Source of the DNA: an uncultured Gemmatimonadales bacterium
Lineage (GTDB): Bacteria; Gemmatimonadota; Gemmatimonadetes; Gemmatimonadales; Gemmatimonadaceae
Assembly: GCA_963707505.1 (NCBI GenBank)
Contig: CAVPQB010000004.1
Coordinates: 256,001-320,000, forward strand
Length of the DNA: 64,000 nt
Direction of reading: 5' to 3'
Part shown: positions 59,824 to 64,000 of the stretch, one piece after another
Layout: every line of letters begins with the position of its first letter
How positions within the stretch are numbered: position 1 is the first letter of the stretch
Program-made: the position numbers and the translations under genes
The notes under the pieces: model-generated
Seen by the model: only the letters and a program-made list of their open reading frames with translations
What the model was told of the DNA's origin: nothing
Database searches by the model: none

Positions 59824-61026
59824 ATTACCTCGATCGACAGTACCGCGCGCCCAACGCTTCCGTCTCTAGACGAGGCGCTCGCACGCGAGCTGGATACGAT
59901 CGAGCGTGCGGGACTCAAGCGCGTCATGCGAACGGTGACGCGCGGAGAGGGAGTCGAGATGCTGCAGGACGGCAGGCGCGTCGTCGACTTCTCATCCAAC
60001 GATTATCTCGGCCTGGCCGGCGATCCACGCATCGCGCGCGCAGCCGCCGAAGCGTTGACCACCGGTAGCACCGGCGCCGCCGCAGCAAGACTCATCTCCG
60101 GCACGCAGGCCGCCCACGTCGAGCTCGAACGTGAGATCGCGAGATTCAAGGGCGCTGAAGCGGCACTGCTTTTTCCCAGCGGGTACGCTGCGAACGTCGG
60201 AACCATCCAGGCGATCGCAGGACGGCGCGACGTCATCTACGCCGACCAGCTCAACCACGCGTCGCTCATCGATGGCGCGCGTCTCTCCCGAGCCGAAGTG
60301 CGTGTCTTTCCGCACATGGACCTCGCTGCATTGCGTACGATGCTCGAGGCCGACGCCGGCAGCTTTCGCCGTAGGTTGATCGTGGTCGATGGCGTGTTCT
60401 CGATGGACGGCGACATCTTCCCGCTCGCCGAGCTCGTTCCGATCGCGCGGGAATTCGGAGCGTGGACCTACGTCGATGACGCCCATGCGACGGGCGTACT
60501 CGGCGCTAACGGACGAGGCTCGGCGGAGCACTGTGGCGTGGAAGGAGAGATCGACGTGATCATGGGGACGCTCGGGAAGGCGGTCGGTACGATCGGCGCC
60601 TTCGTCTGCGGCTCGAGCGTGTTGACAGAATACCTGTTGAATCGCGCGCGCTCATTCATATTCACGACAGCCTCGCCACCAGCGCTCGCGACGGCGACGC
60701 TCGAAGCGTTGCGCATCGTCAGCGCGGAGCCGGAGCGGCGGCGTGAGTTGCGACGCAACGCGCGCTATCTGCGTACCAGGCTGCGCGAGATCGGACATTC
60801 TCCAAGCGGGGAGGACGACGGCTACATCGTGCCAGTAATGCTCGGTGAATCGGAGCGGACTACGTTTGTAGGTAACGCGATGCGTGAGGCAGGATATCTG
60901 GTGGGTGCGGTCCGTCCGCCAACAGTTCCGATGGGCCAATCGCGTCTTCGCATCACAGTGAGTGCCGCACACGACGCTGGTCACATCGATGGGCTGGTCA
61001 GCGCGCTTGGCACGGTGTTGAATTGA
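59824..61026 (+). CDS. bioF: 8-amino-7-oxononanoate synthase (start uncertain; first ATG at 59926)
   Basis: FSSNDYLGL, SGYAAN, NHASLIDG, FSMDGD, DDAH, GTLGK and RPPTVP. Confidence 0.95.
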   Translation: MTSIDSTARPTLPSLDEALARELDTIERAGLKRVMRTVTRGEGVEMLQDGRRVVDFSSNDYLGLAGDPRIARAAAEALTTGSTGAAAARLISGTQAAHVELEREIARFKGAEAALLFPSGYAANVGTIQAIAGRRDVIYADQLNHASLIDGARLSRAEVRVFPHMDLAALRTMLEADAGSFRRRLIVVDGVFSMDGDIFPLAELVPIAREFGAWTYVDDAHATGVLGANGRGSAEHCGVEGEIDVIMGTLGKAVGTIGAFVCGSSVLTEYLLNRARSFIFTTASPPALATATLEALRIVSAEPERRRELRRNARYLRTRLREIGHSPSGEDDGYIVPVMLGESERTTFVGNAMREAGYLVGAVRPPTVPMGQSRLRITVSAAHDAGHIDGLVSALGTVLN

Positions 61027-62297
61027 CAGCGCAGCTTTCAGACGTCGTCAGCGCCGATGCACGCCACATCTGGCATCCGTACACGCAGCACCTCGGCGCA
61101 CTGCCCGCAATTCACGCTACCGGCGCATCCGGCGCATTCATCCACACCGCTGACGGACACAGGATATTCGATGCGATCTCGTCGTGGTGGGTGACGCTTC
61201 ACGGCCACTCGCATCCGGCGATCGTCGATGCGATCGCGCGCCAGGCTGCAATGCTCGACCAGGTGATCTTCACGTCGTTCACGCACGAGCCAGCCGCGCT
61301 GTTCGCGCGCGATCTCGTCGAGATCCTCCCCGACGGGTTGAGCCGCGTTTTCTTTTCGGACGACGGATCGACCGCGGTCGAAGTTGCGGTAAAAATGGCG
61401 CTGCAGTATCACGCCAATCGCGGAAGCAAACGCTCGATCATCGTCGCGCTCGAGAATGCGTATCATGGCGATACTTTCGGCGCGATGAGCGTGAGCGGGC
61501 GCGGGACCTTCACAGATCCGTTCAGCTCGCTCCTGTTCGACGTTCGCCGCCTCCCCGATCCGACTACGGGTGATACGGTTGCGGCGCTCGATGAGCTACT
61601 GGCGCGCGAGGGGGCCGCTATCGCAGCGCTCATCGTCGAGCCGTTGCTGATGGGTGCTGGCGGAATGCTGATGTATGGCGAGGAAACGCTCGCGGCGCTC
61701 AGGATGCGCGCGCGCGACAACGATATCCTCTTCATTGCGGATGAAGTGCTGACGGGTTTCGGCCGCACCGGGCCGTTGTTCGCCTGTGAGAGGGCCGCGA
61801 TTGCGCCGGACATCATCTGTCTGAGCAAGGGTCTGACGGGCGGCACGCTGCCGCTCGGCGCAACGGTCGCCACGGACGAGATATTCGATGCGTTTCTGAG
61901 CGAGGACAGACATCGCACGCTGTTTCACGGCCATTCGTATACGGCGAATCCCATAGCGTGCGCGGTAGGCCGAGCTTCGCTCGCGTTGCTGGATGATGAG
62001 TGCGCGCGGCGGCGTCAGGCGATTCACGACGCACATCTCGCCGGAATCGCGACTGTCAGATCCCACCCGCTCGTTCGAAATCCGCGGACGATCGGAACTG
62101 TAGCGGCTTTCGATCTGGCTGTCGGCAGTGGCTATCTGAGTCCGATTGGGCGAGATCTCGCAGCATTCGCGCTGGAGTGCGACATCCTCTTGCGGCCACT
62201 TGGCAATGTGGTGTACGTGCTTCCACCGTTTTGCGCGACTCCGGCAGATCTCGCCGGGGTTTATTCCGTAATCGGTCAATTCCTGGAATCGCTATGA
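61023..62297 (+). CDS. bioA: Adenosylmethionine-8-amino-7-oxononanoate aminotransferase
   Basis: IWHPYTQ, SSWWVTLHG, GSTAVEVAVK, YHGDT, DEVLTGFGRTG, SKGLTGG and HGHSYTANP. Confidence 0.96.
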   Translation: MTAQLSDVVSADARHIWHPYTQHLGALPAIHATGASGAFIHTADGHRIFDAISSWWVTLHGHSHPAIVDAIARQAAMLDQVIFTSFTHEPAALFARDLVEILPDGLSRVFFSDDGSTAVEVAVKMALQYHANRGSKRSIIVALENAYHGDTFGAMSVSGRGTFTDPFSSLLFDVRRLPDPTTGDTVAALDELLAREGAAIAALIVEPLLMGAGGMLMYGEETLAALRMRARDNDILFIADEVLTGFGRTGPLFACERAAIAPDIICLSKGLTGGTLPLGATVATDEIFDAFLSEDRHRTLFHGHSYTANPIACAVGRASLALLDDECARRRQAIHDAHLAGIATVRSHPLVRNPRTIGTVAAFDLAVGSGYLSPIGRDLAAFALECDILLRPLGNVVYVLPPFCATPADLAGVYSVIGQFLESL

Positions 62298-62956
62298 TCG
62301 GCATAGGGGTAACCGGAACCGATACAGGGATCGGCAAGACCATCGTGTCTCGCTCGATAGTGGCGGCGTTGCGGGGCAGCTTCGCGCGAGTCGCGGCTAT
62401 GAAGCCGGTAGAAAGCGGCGGTACGGAAGACGCCGAGTCGCTGTGGCGGGCGACCAGCATGACGTATCCGATGGAATGGGTCGGTCCGGTTTCACTCGCG
62501 GAGCCACTCGCGCCACTCGTTGCAGCACGGCGCGCGAATACGCCGGTCGATCTCGACGCGATCGACGGCGCATTCCACCGTCTGTGCGCAGATAGCGATG
62601 CAATTGTCGTGGAAGGGGCCGGTGGCTTGCTCGTTCCCATCACGGAGGACGAGTCGTTCGCCACGCTGTTCCGGCGCTGGCGTCTCGAGCTGGTGATTGT
62701 TGCGCCAAACCGGCTCGGCACCGTGAATCACACGTTGTTGACCGTGCGCGCTGCGAGAGAGTTTGGTATCCGAATTCGCGCAGTCGTGCTCAACACGATG
62801 ACCGACCAACCGGAAGGTATGCCGGAGCGTACCAATCTGGGGTTGCTCAGGGAATTGTTGCCTAACATTCGCGTCATTCCATTCGCGTTCACGCGAACGC
62901 CGGATGATGCGTCGAACATATCACTTACTGATCTCGGACTCGATGATGCACCATGA
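62294..62956 (+). CDS. bioD: Dethiobiotin synthetase
   Basis: [22 protein letters not shown] and [14 protein letters not shown] overlap. Confidence 0.95.
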   Translation: MIGIGVTGTDTGIGKTIVSRSIVAALRGSFARVAAMKPVESGGTEDAESLWRATSMTYPMEWVGPVSLAEPLAPLVAARRANTPVDLDAIDGAFHRLCADSDAIVVEGAGGLLVPITEDESFATLFRRWRLELVIVAPNRLGTVNHTLLTVRAAREFGIRIRAVVLNTMTDQPEGMPERTNLGLLRELLPNIRVIPFAFTRTPDDASNISLTDLGLDDAP

Positions 62957-64000
62957 TTGGAACGCCCTCGCCGACGAAGCGCTCGACGGACGAATCATAT
63001 CGCGCGATTCTGCGCGTGCAGTACTCGCGGCGCATGATGACGAACTGTTGTCTCAGCTTGCCGCTGCGTATCGCGTGCGCCGGCATTTCTGGTCCAACAA
63101 GGTGCGTCTCCATTTTCTGTTGAATGCGCAGAGCGGCCTCTGCCCGGAAGATTGCCATTACTGCTCACAATCGAAAATCTCCACGGCGGACATCGAGAAA
63201 TACCCGTTGCTCGCGCGCGAAAGGATTCTCGACGCCGCCGAGCGTGCTGCGACACTCAAGGCAGGGACGTTCTGTCTCGTGATAAGCGGCAGGGCACCGG
63301 GCGAGCGCGTGTTCGGCAAGATTCTCGACGCCGTTGGTGAAATCAAGGCGAATCACAATCTCAGGGTGTGTGCCTGCTTGGGGCTGCTGAACGACGATCA
63401 GGCACACCGGCTCAAGGCCGCGGGTGTCGATACGGTGAATCACAATCTCAACACCAGCGAGAGCTACCACGGCGAGATCTGCACGACCCACACGTTCGAG
63501 GATCGCAAGGCGACGATCCGGAACGTGCACGAGGCGGGAATATCGAGCTGCTCGGGCGGAATCATCGGCATGGGCGAGAGTGACGACGACATAATCGACC
63601 TGGCGTTGTCGCTGCGCGAGATGGACGTGTCCAGCGTCCCGGTGAATTTTCTCATTCCGATCGACGGCACTCCGCTCGCTGGAATCAACGAGCTCAATCC
63701 ACGTCGCTGCCTGCGCGTGCTGTGTCTCTACCGGTTTCTGTTGCCGAGCAAGAAGATCCGCATTGCTGGCGGCAGAGAGGTGCATCTGAGATCATTGCAG
63801 CCACTCGGCCTGTATCCAGCCAATTCGCTGTTCATCGGTGATTACCTGACCACTGCGGGTCAGGAGGCAAGGGCGGACCTGGAAATGATCCGCGACGCTG
63901 GCTTTGTACTGGAGGCACCGGACGGCACCCCGCTCGTGGGCGATCCGCTGGAAGGATTGGACGAATATCTCGCCGCGATGCCAGCCGTGGGCTACGCCGC
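62943..64000 (+). CDS. bioB: Biotin synthase (radical SAM), runs off the window end
   Basis: My translation gives [45 protein letters not shown] and [12 protein letters not shown]. No stop before base 64000. Confidence 0.96.
   Translation, partial: MMHHDWNALADEALDGRIISRDSARAVLAAHDDELLSQLAAAYRVRRHFWSNKVRLHFLLNAQSGLCPEDCHYCSQSKISTADIEKYPLLARERILDAAERAATLKAGTFCLVISGRAPGERVFGKILDAVGEIKANHNLRVCACLGLLNDDQAHRLKAAGVDTVNHNLNTSESYHGEICTTHTFEDRKATIRNVHEAGISSCSGGIIGMGESDDDIIDLALSLREMDVSSVPVNFLIPIDGTPLAGINELNPRRCLRVLCLYRFLLPSKKIRIAGGREVHLRSLQPLGLYPANSLFIGDYLTTAGQEARADLEMIRDAGFVLEAPDGTPLVGDPLEGLDEYLAAMPAVGYA

Noticed and set aside
1..64000. Many long alternative-frame and antisense ORFs in the ORF track
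   Set aside because: They are Arg/Ala/Pro-rich shadows of real genes, expected at high GC, and carry no recognisable motifs.

Overview
GC-rich bacterial chromosomal segment. The gene styles (SusC/SusD pair, Ser/Thr kinase, many signal-peptide hydrolases) suggest Gemmatimonadota; this is inference. Contents from left to right: (1) a translationally coupled respiratory operon with two PQQ-dependent dehydrogenase + cytochrome c pairs and a caa3-type heme-copper oxidase whose subunit I lacks both canonical proton-channel residues, plus a CtaG-cytochrome c fusion; (2) TerC, a stand-alone amidohydrolase small domain and a winged-helix/signal-peptide/amidohydrolase fusion; (3) a Zn-ribbon hypothetical protein, a tail-anchored AAA ATPase and two Spy/CpxP proteins; (4) a short GIY-YIG nuclease gene bracketed by perfect 33-bp inverted repeats, with solo palindromic relatives at three convergent-gene junctions elsewhere in the window; (5) an IclR-linked N-acyl/D-amino-acid utilisation locus (D-aminoacylase, SusC/SusD, Ntn acylase, GNATs, NSAR/OSBS, M20 hydrolase); (6) a split glutamine-dependent NAD synthetase, PhzF, ClC/MarR, PBP1A, a MocR module, CDF, UbiB, a PHP protein, Lon, a Ser/Thr kinase, a DEAD-box helicase, an orphan FimT-like pilin, an M1 peptidase, pfkA and bioF-bioA-bioD-bioB. 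Several genes (SusC, SusD, ClC, PBP1A, kinase, NIPSNAP, beta-barrel) carry single-base frameshifts that look like long-read assembly errors. I saw no rRNA, tRNA, CRISPR array, integrase or transposase.
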